This document shows positions 49,474 through 58,500 of a DNA stretch of 64,000 nucleotides, piece after piece. Source of the stretch: Thermoanaerobaculia bacterium (lineage in GTDB: Bacteria > Acidobacteriota > Thermoanaerobaculia > UBA5066); the NCBI GenBank assembly GCA_036504335.1, contig DASXVJ010000029.1:26885-90884 (forward strand). The letters run 5' to 3'. The first letter of the stretch is position 1. Each line of letters opens with the position of its first letter. A program made the position numbers and the translations under genes. The notes beneath the pieces were generated by a model, which worked only from the letters and a program-made list of their open reading frames with translations, ran no database searches and was not told the DNA's origin.

Positions 49474-50668
49474 GTATCGCAGAATAGCCGACGTGTCCGC
49501 AAGGGTGCTGTTCGCCGGAAACGGATGGGGATTGGGGGACGAGGGAGAAGAGAAGATTTTCTTTGAAGGTGAAGAAAAGAGGGTGCGCGCCGATACGGTG
49601 GAACAGCTGCCCTCGGTCCTCGAGGCCCTGGATTCCGTCGCCTCGAGCGGCGACCCGAACCTCCTCGCTGCGGGATTCGTCTCTTACGAGGCGGGCGTCT
49701 GGATCGAAGGCTCGACCGCGCTCGTCAGGGAGCATGAATTTCTTCCCTTCGCAGAATTCTTCATCTTCAATACCCGCAGTTCTTTCGTCTCCCGCCGAGC
49801 CCCGCCGCCTCCCGCTGCTTTCCCCTCTTTCACACTCGAAGAACGGGCGAGCGCGCAGCGCTCGCTCTCTTCGGACGAGTGGGTGCGCGGCGTCGGCGCC
49901 ATCCGAGACGGAATCGCGCGGGGGGACGTCTACCAGGTCAACCTGTCGTACCGCACGCGTTTCGCGGCGCGCGTCGATCCGTTCGCGCTCGCCCGCGAGC
50001 TGCACGCGAAGAGCCCGGTGCCTTACGCCGTGACGCTCGCCTCGAAAGACTGGGCCGTCGTCTCGAATTCGCCCGAGCTGTTCCTGGACCTCGACCTCCG
50101 CGAGGGGCGGGCCGTCACGAAGCCGATCAAGGGCACGGCGCCGAGGGGCGACTCGGTCGAGTCCGATGCGGCGGCCGGCGCACGGCTCGTCGCCTCCGCG
50201 AAGGACCGCGCCGAGAACGTCATGATCACGGACCTCCTGCGCAACGACCTCGGGCGCGTCGCGGTCCCGGGGGGCGTCGCGACGACCGCTCTCGCCGGGC
50301 TCCGCACGTTCGCGCACCTCCACCATCTCGAGTCCACCGTCGAGGCGCGGCTCGCGCCCGGCACGCGGCTCTCCGACGTTCTCCGGGCCACGCTCCCCGG
50401 GGGCTCGATCACGGGCGCTCCGAAGCGCGCCGCCCTCGGCTTCATCCGGCGCCTGGAGCCGGTCGCGCGGGGCGCGTACACGGGCGCCGCCGGGTTCGTC
50501 CGAGGCGACGGGAGGGCCGTCTTCAACGTGGCGATCCGGACGGCGATCACCGGCCGGGATAGAGTCGACTATCACGCGGGGGGTGGAATCGTGTGGGACT
50601 CGAACGCCGGTGCGGAATGGGCCGAGACGCTGACCAAGTCGCGCGAGATGGAGGCGTTCCTTGCCTGA
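49472..50668 (+). CDS. pabB: Aminodeoxychorismate synthase component I / chorismate-binding enzyme (PabB/TrpE family)
   Basis: DRAENVMITDLLRNDLGRV...PGGSITGAPKRAA...GAAGF...AGGGIVWDS motifs. Start uncertain: ATG 49472 overlaps the divergent thioesterase ATG; alternative GTG 49583, directly after repeat copy F12. Confidence 0.65.
   Translation: MYRRIADVSARVLFAGNGWGLGDEGEEKIFFEGEEKRVRADTVEQLPSVLEALDSVASSGDPNLLAAGFVSYEAGVWIEGSTALVREHEFLPFAEFFIFNTRSSFVSRRAPPPPAAFPSFTLEERASAQRSLSSDEWVRGVGAIRDGIARGDVYQVNLSYRTRFAARVDPFALARELHAKSPVPYAVTLASKDWAVVSNSPELFLDLDLREGRAVTKPIKGTAPRGDSVESDAAAGARLVASAKDRAENVMITDLLRNDLGRVAVPGGVATTALAGLRTFAHLHHLESTVEARLAPGTRLSDVLRATLPGGSITGAPKRAALGFIRRLEPVARGAYTGAAGFVRGDGRAVFNVAIRTAITGRDRVDYHAGGGIVWDSNAGAEWAETLTKSREMEAFLA
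49541..49589 (+). repeat. Repeat-family copy F12 upstream of / inside the pabB 5' end
   Basis: GAGGGAGAAGAGAAGATTTTCTTTGAAGGTGAAGAAAAGAGGGTGCGCG. Confidence 0.65.
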
Positions 50669-51449
50669 ATTCGCGCCCCTGCCGTACCATTCGCCCGCGG
50701 TCCAGCGGGGCTTCGGCTTCTTCGAGACGGCGCTCCTCGTGGGCCGCAGGGCCGTCCTCTGGGACGCCCATCTCGACCGGCTCCTCAGGGGACTCGCGCA
50801 TCTCGACCTGCCGGCGCCTCCGCGCGAGGCGCTCGACGCCGCCGCCCGCGCCGCCCTCGACGTCCGCGCGCCCCGCGGCGACGAACAGTCCGGCATGCGC
50901 CTCACGTGGCTGGCGCTGGGGGAGGACGTCGACGCGGCGGCCTCCTGGAGGCTGGACTGTTATGTGCTCCCGATTCCCGAGAGCCGCCTCGTGCGCCGCA
51001 ACGGCTCGCATGCGGTGTCGCTGCCCATCGACCTGCAGCGCGACACGCCCGGCGTGAAGTCCACGAGCTACTTCGCGGCGATCCAGGGCGGCCGGCTCGC
51101 GAAGAAGGCCGGCGCCGACGAGGGCCTGTTCCGCGGCCACGACGGGCGTTATCTCGAAGGGACCACGACCGGGCTCGCGGCGTGGAACGGGGGCACGCCC
51201 GTTCTCGCGCCCGAGGGCGTCCTGCCCAGCGTCACCGCCGCCGCGTTCTTCGAGGGGCAGGCCGCCGTCTCACCGATCGGCGAGGAGCACCTCCGCGCGG
51301 GCGCCGTCCTGCTCGGCTCCCTCACGACGGCGGCGCCCCTGCTGTCGCTGGACGGGAGGCCCTGCGCGCAGCCTCCGGAAATGCTCGCGCGGATCCGAGC
51401 CTTCAGGGAGAGGCTGATCTCCGACCCGTCTCTCTCACGGCCTCTCTGA
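50661..51449 (+). CDS. pabC: Aminodeoxychorismate lyase / class IV aminotransferase fold
   Basis: Adjacent to pabB. FGFFETALLVGRRAV...GLFRGHDGRYLEGTTTGL. Confidence 0.65.
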   Translation: MPEFAPLPYHSPAVQRGFGFFETALLVGRRAVLWDAHLDRLLRGLAHLDLPAPPREALDAAARAALDVRAPRGDEQSGMRLTWLALGEDVDAAASWRLDCYVLPIPESRLVRRNGSHAVSLPIDLQRDTPGVKSTSYFAAIQGGRLAKKAGADEGLFRGHDGRYLEGTTTGLAAWNGGTPVLAPEGVLPSVTAAAFFEGQAAVSPIGEEHLRAGAVLLGSLTTAAPLLSLDGRPCAQPPEMLARIRAFRERLISDPSLSRPL

Positions 51450-51475
51450 GGGGACTATATTCACCTTCAAATGGC
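51441..51475 (-). repeat. Repeat-family copy R8 (truncated) between pabC and the reductase gene
   Basis: revcomp GCCATTTGAAGGTGAATATAGTCCCCTCAGAGAGG. Confidence 0.35.
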
Positions 51476-52598
51476 AACGCGCAGGATCCGGAAACCCGCC
51501 TCCGAACGCTCCACCGGCGGGACCATCCTTTTCACCGGCTTCCCCGGTTTCATCGGTGCGCGGCTCATTCCGCGCCTTCTCGAGCTCCGGCCCGGAGCCT
51601 CGTTCGAGTGCCTCGTTCAGGAGAAGTTCCTGGCCGCGGCCGACGCCTCGGTCGCGGCCCTCTCGGCGGCGCATCCGCACACGAAGGGCCGGATCCGGCT
51701 CGTGACGGGCGACATCACCTCGCCGGGGCTCGGCCTCGGGGCGGGCGCTGCGAAGGCCCTCGCGAAGAGGGTGACGGGCTGTTTCCACCTCGCCGCCGTC
51801 TACGACCTCGCGGTGGCCCGCGACATGGCGATGCGCATCAACGTCGAGGGCACGAAGAACGTGCTCGAGTTCGTCGCCGGCGCTCCCGGCTTCCGGCGGC
51901 TCGACTACGTTTCGACCGCGTACGTCTCGGGGACGGCGGTCGGGTCGTACCGCGAGAAGGACCTCGACGTCGGCCAGTCGTTCAAGAACCACTACGAGGA
52001 GACGAAGTTCCTCGCGGAAGTCGCGGTCAGGAAGAGCGGCCTCAAGGCCGCGATCTACCGCCCCGGCATCGTCGTCGGCGATTCGCGAACGGGGGAGACG
52101 GCGAAGTTCGACGGCCCGTATTTCGCGCTCAACGCGATGAGCCTCCTGCCCTCGCCGGGCGCCTTCATCAGGATCGGGGACGGCGCGGCCGAGGTGAACC
52201 TCGTGCCGATCGACTACGTCCTCGAGGCGATCGCGCAACTCGGCTCCTGGGACGGTGCGATCGGGAAGACGTACCACCTGACCGACCCCGCTCCCGAGAC
52301 GGCGCTCGGGGTCGCCGAGCTCCTCGCGAAGTCGATCGGCAAGTCCTTCGTGTTCGTGCCCGTGCCGCTCCCGATCGCGAAGGTCGCGTTCATCGCGCCG
52401 CAGCTTTCGAGGTGGCTCGGGATGCCGGGGGAGACGCTCGACTACTTCGACCATCCGGTGCACTACGACTCGGCGCAGGCGACGAAGGACCTCGCGCGCT
52501 TCGGGCTCGAGTGCCCTCCGTTCCGCGCCTACGTCCAGCGGCTCGTCGCCTTCTGGAAGAAGAAACGGGTCGAGATCACGCGCGGGGCGATGACCTGA
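51471..52598 (+). CDS. SDR-family NAD-binding reductase (NAD_binding_4 / thioester- or fatty-acyl-reductase-like)
   Basis: ILFTGFPGFIGARL Rossmann motif. YVSTAYV and YEETKFLAE (catalytic Y..K). Confidence 0.6.
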   Translation: MATRRIRKPASERSTGGTILFTGFPGFIGARLIPRLLELRPGASFECLVQEKFLAAADASVAALSAAHPHTKGRIRLVTGDITSPGLGLGAGAAKALAKRVTGCFHLAAVYDLAVARDMAMRINVEGTKNVLEFVAGAPGFRRLDYVSTAYVSGTAVGSYREKDLDVGQSFKNHYEETKFLAEVAVRKSGLKAAIYRPGIVVGDSRTGETAKFDGPYFALNAMSLLPSPGAFIRIGDGAAEVNLVPIDYVLEAIAQLGSWDGAIGKTYHLTDPAPETALGVAELLAKSIGKSFVFVPVPLPIAKVAFIAPQLSRWLGMPGETLDYFDHPVHYDSAQATKDLARFGLECPPFRAYVQRLVAFWKKKRVEITRGAMT

Positions 52599-52608
52599 AG
52601 GCGCGCCC

Positions 52609-54255
52609 ATGAAGAAGCGCGCGTTCACGAACAAGCCCATCATCGACGGGCAGGACGTCGACACCGGCCGGACGTTCAAGGCCGTGAACCCCTCCACGGG
52701 CGAGCCGTTCGCGGACGTCTACCGTGCGGGCCCTGCGGAGATCGACGCCGCGGTCGCGTCCGCCCGCAAGGCGTTCCTCTCCTGGTCGAAGACGCCGGTG
52801 ACGGCGCGGCAAAAGCTCCTCGCGCGCCTCCTCGAAGAGGTCCGCAAGTCGCACGAGGACATCGCGCGCCTCATCGCGACCGAGCAGGGCAAGCCGGTCG
52901 GCGAGGCGCGCGCGGTGGACGTCGTCCCGGCCGCGGACACGCTGCGCTACCTCTCGCGCCACGCCGCCTCGATCCTCGCGGAGCGGCCGGTCGACTATGC
53001 GCAGATCCTGTTCTCGCACAAGTCGGGCTCCTACCGGCTGGAGCCTCTCGGCGTCGTCGCGATCGTGACCCCGTGGAATTTCCCGTTCGGAATCCCGTTC
53101 GTCGAGGTCGCCGCCTGCCTCGCGGCCGGGGACACCGTCGTCCTCAAGCCGGCCTCGGCGACGGCGCTGACGGGCCTCGCCGTCGGCGACCTCTGCCGGC
53201 GCGCCGGCGTTCCGCCCGGCGTCGTGAACGTCGTGACGGCGGGCGGCGAGGACACGAACCGTCTCATCGAGCACCCGGGAATCGCGAAGATCCTCTTCAC
53301 GGGCGCCGTCGAGACGGGCATCGGAGTCATGCAGCGGGCCGCGAAGAACCTCACGGGCGTCGTCCTCGAGCTGGGCGGCAAGGACCCGGCCGTCGTGGCG
53401 GCCGACGCCGACCTCGACAGGGCCTCGTCCGGCCTCGTCTGGGGCGCGTTCGTGAACGCCGGCCAGGCCTGCGGCTCCGTGGAGCGGGTTTACGTCGTCA
53501 GGGGGGTGGCGGAGGAGTTTCTCGGGAAGGTCGTCGCCAAGGCGAAGGCGCTGAGGCTCGGCGACCCGCTCTCGCCGTCCACCGACATGGGCCCGCTGAC
53601 GACGGAGTCGCAGCGCGCGCTCGTCGAGGCCCACGTCGCGGACGCGAAGGCGAAGGGGGCGAAGATCCTCACCGGCGGCAGGCGCCCGCGCGCGAAGGGC
53701 TGGTGGTATCCGCCGACCGTCCTGACGAACGTCGACCATTCGATGCGCTGCATGCACGAGGAGACGTTCGGACCGCTCCTGCCCGTCATGGTCGTCGACA
53801 CGCTCGACGAGGGGATCCGCCTCGCGAACGAGTCGGAGTTCGGCCTCACGGCGTCGGGCTGGACGCGCTCGCGCAAGACGGCGCAGCGGCTCGTCGAGGA
53901 GCTCCACGCGGGCACCGTGACGATCAACGACCACCTGTTCTCGTTCGGCGAGCCCACCGCGACGTGGGGCGGGGTCAAGAAGTCGGGCGTCGGGCGCAGC
54001 CACGCGGCGTTCGGCCTCCACGAGCTCGTGAACATCAAGCACGTGAGCGTGGACATGGGGAACGCGGGCGCGATGCCGTGGTGGTACCCGTACGACTCGG
54101 CGTTTCACGCCTTCACGAAGAGGGCGTTCGGGACGCTCTACTCGAACGACCCGCGGACGAAGGTCCCCGACGCGCTCGGCCTCCTCGGGAGCGGGCGCTT
54201 CTTCGGGTACGTCAAGGTCTCGACTCTCGCTGCGCGGCTCGGAAAGGTCTTCTGA
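52609..54255 (+). CDS. Aldehyde dehydrogenase family protein
   Basis: FTGAVETG, LELGGKDP and GQACGSVER (catalytic Cys). Confidence 0.8.
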   Translation: MKKRAFTNKPIIDGQDVDTGRTFKAVNPSTGEPFADVYRAGPAEIDAAVASARKAFLSWSKTPVTARQKLLARLLEEVRKSHEDIARLIATEQGKPVGEARAVDVVPAADTLRYLSRHAASILAERPVDYAQILFSHKSGSYRLEPLGVVAIVTPWNFPFGIPFVEVAACLAAGDTVVLKPASATALTGLAVGDLCRRAGVPPGVVNVVTAGGEDTNRLIEHPGIAKILFTGAVETGIGVMQRAAKNLTGVVLELGGKDPAVVAADADLDRASSGLVWGAFVNAGQACGSVERVYVVRGVAEEFLGKVVAKAKALRLGDPLSPSTDMGPLTTESQRALVEAHVADAKAKGAKILTGGRRPRAKGWWYPPTVLTNVDHSMRCMHEETFGPLLPVMVVDTLDEGIRLANESEFGLTASGWTRSRKTAQRLVEELHAGTVTINDHLFSFGEPTATWGGVKKSGVGRSHAAFGLHELVNIKHVSVDMGNAGAMPWWYPYDSAFHAFTKRAFGTLYSNDPRTKVPDALGLLGSGRFFGYVKVSTLAARLGKVF

Positions 54256-54279
54256 ACGGCGTGAACGGAGCTCTCTGAA

Positions 54280-55002
54280 CTAGCTCTGGCGACGGATCGC
54301 GCGGAGGCCCGCGCCGGCCGCGACCGACAGGCCGCCGAGGAGGCCGACGAGCGGCATCGGGCTGGCGGTCTTCGGGAGCTTCTTCCTGGCGGGCTTCGCC
54401 TCGGCGACGGGCGCCGGAGCCGGTGCCGGAGCCGGGGCAGGGGCGGCCGCGACGGGGGCCGGAGCCGGGGCGGCCGGGGCCACGCCCACGGCCTTGCCGC
54501 GCTGGACCTCGGTCTCCATCTTCGTGGAGGTGTGGACGATCGTGGCGTTGAGCTTCATGCCGGGGCCGAGGTTCTCGATGCTCGTTTCCTTGCCGTCGAC
54601 GTTGAACTTGAAGCCCTTGGGAACGACGTAGTTGTGGAAGCCGTCGGCCTCCTTGGTCGTGAGGTTGGCGCCCTGGACCTTGACGATTTCGCCGTTCTTG
54701 ATCGTGGTCGTCTTGACCTCGACGGGCTTCTCGACCGTGTTGAACACGGCGGACACGGTGGTGCCGATCTTGAGGTCGGCGAGGCCCGTCTCCTTGCCGT
54801 CGATCATGGCGGTCTTGCCGGCCGGAACCTGGTACTCGCGGACGACGCCGTCGTCACCCTTGACGATGACGGAGTGATCGGTCTTGCCGATCACGAGGCC
54901 GGACTTGATCTCGGACTTGATGACGGTCTGCGCGACCGCGGCGCCCGCGACGCACAGGGCGACCGCGAGGACGACGAACATGACGAACCGGGTAGATTTC
55001 AT
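54280..55002 (-). CDS. Secreted repeat protein with (AP)n linker and C-terminal LPKTAS-hydrophobic-RRQS sorting-signal-like tail
   Basis: Signal peptide MKSTRFVMFVVLAVALCVAGAAVAQ. APAAPAPAPVAAAPAPAPAPAPAPV repeat. C-terminus KKLPKTASPMPLVGLLGGLSVAAGAGLRAIRRQS. Confidence 0.5.
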   Translation of the reverse strand: MKSTRFVMFVVLAVALCVAGAAVAQTVIKSEIKSGLVIGKTDHSVIVKGDDGVVREYQVPAGKTAMIDGKETGLADLKIGTTVSAVFNTVEKPVEVKTTTIKNGEIVKVQGANLTTKEADGFHNYVVPKGFKFNVDGKETSIENLGPGMKLNATIVHTSTKMETEVQRGKAVGVAPAAPAPAPVAAAPAPAPAPAPAPVAEAKPARKKLPKTASPMPLVGLLGGLSVAAGAGLRAIRRQS

Positions 55003-55147
55003 TCTTTCCTCCTGCCGTATTTGGGCATGGGGAGGCGGTCCCCATGCAACGGGGTATTCATGTACACAATGCGGCGGGGTGGCCGCGTTGGCCAGGCAAT
55101 TCTTCAGGGCGGCCCTCCGGGCTTGCCCGCCTCCCTAGAATCGCGGA

Positions 55148-56950
55148 GTGGGCGCCCCCCCGGACCTCTCCCTCTATCCCGACCAGCCGGGGATCTACCT
55201 CTACAAGGATGCCGCGGGGAAGATCCTCTACGTCGGCAAGGCGCGGTCGATCCGCAAGCGCCTCGCGTCCTACTTCCACGCCGGGCCGAAGCACCCGAGG
55301 ACTGAGGCGCTCCTCGCCGAGTTCGCCTCCATCGACACGGTCGTCTCGAGGACGGAGAGCGAGGCGCTCGCCCTCGAGAACGCCTTCATCAAGAAGAACC
55401 GCCCGCGCTACAACATCGTCCTCCGCGACGACAAGACGTACCCCTACATCAAGGTCACGACGGGGGAGGCCTGGCCGCGGGCGCTCGTGACGCGCCGGGT
55501 CCTCCGGGACGGCCACAGCTACTTCGGCCCGTTCCTCCCCGCCCGCACGTGCCGCGGAGCGATGAAGATGGTGCAGCGGATGTTCCAGATCCGCACCTGC
55601 CGCATCGAGATCGACGGCAAGCTCCCGCGGCCCTGCCTCTACTACGACATGCACGCCTGCCTCGGGCCGTGCGTCTCGGGCCTCACCACGGCCGAGGCGT
55701 ACGCGGACGCCGTCCAGGACGTCCTGCTCTTCCTGTCGGGGCGGAACGACGAGCTGCGCCCGCGGCTCGAGGAGAAGATGCGCGCCGCCGCCGATGCCGA
55801 GAGGTTCGAGATGGCGGCCGCCTACCGCGACTGCCTCCGCACGGTCGCGGAGCTCGCCGAGAAGCAGCGGGTGCAGTCGCTCACCGCCGAGGACGTGGAC
55901 ATCTTCGGAGATTTCTTCGATGGAGGGAATCTGGCGATCGCGGTTCTCCTCGTTCGCGGAGGCGTGGTTCTCGATTCGCGCGAGTACTTCTGGGAGCGGA
56001 TCGGCGATATTCCTCCCGAGGAGTTCTGGGTCTCGCTCCTATCGCAGTATTACGACGCCGTCGCTTCGAGCTTCCTGCCCCGGGAGGTCCACCTGCCCGT
56101 GGACGTGCCGGACGAGGCCCTCGAGCCGATCGAGACATGGCTGTCGGAGCAGCGCGGCTCGCGCGTCACGATCCGGACCCCGCGGCGCGGTGCCGCGTTC
56201 GACCGCGTCCGGATCGCGCGCGACAACGCCCGCCAGAACCACCTGCGCCGGTTCCGGCGGGTCCGGGAGCGGGGAGAGAAGGCCACGCTCGCGCTCGCCC
56301 GCGCCCTCGAACTGCCCGCCCGGCCCTCGCGGATCGAGTGCTTCGACATCTCCCACTTCCAGGGCGCCCAGACGTACGCGTCCTGCGTCGTGTTCGTGGA
56401 CGGCGAGCCGAAGAAGGACGAATACCGCCTCTTCCGGATCGAGCGGGACGGCGTGGACGATTTCGCGTCGATCTCGGAGGCGGTCACGCGCCGCTACGCG
56501 CGCGTCACGGAGGAGCGGCGGCCGCTGCCGGATCTCCTCCTGATCGACGGCGGAAAAGGGCAGCTCTCGGCCGCGCTCGCGGCCCTCGACCGCCTCGGGA
56601 TCGAGATGCCGGCCGCGGGCCTCGCCAAGCGCGAGGAAGAGGTGTTCGTGCCGGGGCGCTCGGCGCCGATCGTGCTCGCCCGGACGAACGCCGGCCTCAA
56701 GCTGCTCCAGCGCGCGCGCGACGAGGCGCACCGCTTCGGCCTGCGGTCTCACCGGCGCGCGCGCGGCAAGCGCGCGCTCGAGAGCCCGCTGCTCGACGTT
56801 CCGGGCCTCGGGCCCGCGCGCGTGAAGATGCTCCTCTCGGCTTTCGGCGGTTCGGAAGCGGTCCTCGCCGCCAGCGAGGACGCCCTCGCGGCCGTCTCGG
56901 GCAAGAGCGTCGCCGCGCGCATCGCGCGCTGGCGCTCTGCGCCGCGCTGA
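55148..56950 (+). CDS. uvrC: Excinuclease ABC subunit C
   Basis: GIY-YIG N-terminus (PGIYLYKDAAGKILYVGKA), UvrBC-interaction domain and C-terminal RNaseH-like/HhH domain. Confidence 0.9.
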   Translation: MGAPPDLSLYPDQPGIYLYKDAAGKILYVGKARSIRKRLASYFHAGPKHPRTEALLAEFASIDTVVSRTESEALALENAFIKKNRPRYNIVLRDDKTYPYIKVTTGEAWPRALVTRRVLRDGHSYFGPFLPARTCRGAMKMVQRMFQIRTCRIEIDGKLPRPCLYYDMHACLGPCVSGLTTAEAYADAVQDVLLFLSGRNDELRPRLEEKMRAAADAERFEMAAAYRDCLRTVAELAEKQRVQSLTAEDVDIFGDFFDGGNLAIAVLLVRGGVVLDSREYFWERIGDIPPEEFWVSLLSQYYDAVASSFLPREVHLPVDVPDEALEPIETWLSEQRGSRVTIRTPRRGAAFDRVRIARDNARQNHLRRFRRVRERGEKATLALARALELPARPSRIECFDISHFQGAQTYASCVVFVDGEPKKDEYRLFRIERDGVDDFASISEAVTRRYARVTEERRPLPDLLLIDGGKGQLSAALAALDRLGIEMPAAGLAKREEEVFVPGRSAPIVLARTNAGLKLLQRARDEAHRFGLRSHRRARGKRALESPLLDVPGLGPARVKMLLSAFGGSEAVLAASEDALAAVSGKSVAARIARWRSAPR

Positions 56951-57026
56951 TTCTGGCCGGCTGGAAGCCTTCGCGCTGCTACACTTTGCGCCGATGGTTT
57001 CGGAGCGTTCGGACTCGCGCAATCGC

Positions 57027-58499
57027 ATGATGTCGGGGGGTTCTCTCGAGCGGACGCCGTTCGCCGAGGTGATCCGGATGCTCTATCGCGAGCGCGCGAC
57101 GGCGAAGCTGCTCGTCTCGTACCGGGGCGAGGAACGGACGTTCTGGTTCGACCGGGGCCAGATCCTCTCGGCCGCCTCGAACCGCGAGGCGCAGCTCGTC
57201 GGCGACCTCCTCCGGACCTTCGGCCTCGCCGACGAGAGCCTTCTCCTGTCGGCGTTCGAGAAGGCGCTCGCCGAGCCCGGACGCGGCCTCGCGCGCGCCC
57301 TCACGGAATCCGGCGCCGTGGCCGACTACGTCGCGGACGCGGCGGTCCGCGCTCTGTCCGAGCGCCTGTTCTTCGAGACCTTCCGCTGGACGAACGGCGT
57401 CTTCACGGCGTCCCCGCTCGAGGGGGCGGCCGCGGTGGCGGTTCGCGCGGACCGCCCCACCGGGGGCCTGCTCCTCGAGGCGCTGCGCAGGCTCCCGGCT
57501 CCTGCGGCCCAGCTCAACACCCCGCTTTCGCCCGCAGCGCGGCCCGTTTTCGCGCCGGACCTCCTCCTGCGGTACCAGGCGTTCACCGTGTCCGCCGTCG
57601 AGGCCGAGGTGCTCGGGCGTATCGACGGCACCATGACCGTGGAGCAGATCCACCCGGACCAGCGCGTCGTCGCGCGCCTCGCGGCGACGGGACTCGTCCA
57701 TCTCGTCGCGCCCGGGCGAACGGTCGAGAAATCGGGCGTCCCGGAGGGGCTGCTTCTCCTGAACGTCGACGTGGCCGGCGCCGCGCCGGCAGCGCGCGTG
57801 GCCGAACAGTCCGACATCCAGCGCGACCTCGTGCGCCGCACGTACCGCCGCCTCGACTGGGCGAGCCACTACGACGTGCTCGGCGTCGAGCGCGACGTCG
57901 CTCCCGAGGCGCTCGCGCGGGCGATCCACGAGCGGGCGCGGCTGTTCCACCCCGACCACCACCTCAAGTCGCACCTCGGCGAGGACCGCGACGCGCTCGA
58001 GGCGCTCTTCGCCCGCGTCCGGGAGGCGGAACGCGCCTTCCGCACGCCGGAGAGCCGCACGCAATACGACCGCTCACAGGAGATCCACGGCGACACGGTG
58101 GCCCTGCCGGGCACCGAGCCGACCGTCGAGGTCCAGAAGGACATCGCGCGCAAGAACTACGTGCGCGCCAAGGCCCTCTACGACGAAGAGGATTACTTCC
58201 CGGCCTACGAGATGATCCGGCAGGCCGTCGAGTTCGACCCCGAGCAGAAGGAGTACTGGGTGCTCCTCTCGCGCATCCAGCGCAAGAACCCCAAGTGGAT
58301 CCGGCAGGCGACCGAGACGTTGCGCCGCGCCGTCAAGAAGATGCCCGACAGCGTCGACCTCTGGTGGGAGCTGGCCGAGGCCTGTGCGCACGAGCGCAAC
58401 GGGCCTGAGCGCGTGAAGGCCCTGAAAGAGGTCATGCGTCTCGATCCCGTGAACCGGCGCGCCCAGCAGGCGCTCGCCGAGATCAACGCGAAGTCCTGA
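57027..58499 (+). CDS. DUF4388 - DnaJ (J-domain) - TPR protein
   Basis: N-terminal DUF4388 (LERTPFAEVIRMLYRERATAKLLV). J-domain (HYDVLGVERDVAPEALARAIHERARLFHPDHH). TPR-like C-terminus. Confidence 0.6.
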   Translation: MMSGGSLERTPFAEVIRMLYRERATAKLLVSYRGEERTFWFDRGQILSAASNREAQLVGDLLRTFGLADESLLLSAFEKALAEPGRGLARALTESGAVADYVADAAVRALSERLFFETFRWTNGVFTASPLEGAAAVAVRADRPTGGLLLEALRRLPAPAAQLNTPLSPAARPVFAPDLLLRYQAFTVSAVEAEVLGRIDGTMTVEQIHPDQRVVARLAATGLVHLVAPGRTVEKSGVPEGLLLLNVDVAGAAPAARVAEQSDIQRDLVRRTYRRLDWASHYDVLGVERDVAPEALARAIHERARLFHPDHHLKSHLGEDRDALEALFARVREAERAFRTPESRTQYDRSQEIHGDTVALPGTEPTVEVQKDIARKNYVRAKALYDEEDYFPAYEMIRQAVEFDPEQKEYWVLLSRIQRKNPKWIRQATETLRRAVKKMPDSVDLWWELAEACAHERNGPERVKALKEVMRLDPVNRRAQQALAEINAKS

Positions 58500-58500
58500 G

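Noticed and set aside
54990-55025. TTTCATTCTTTCCTCCTGCC, which resembled a repeat
   Set aside because: It is the RBS (GGAGGAAAGAATG) and start of the 54280-55002 minus-strand gene.
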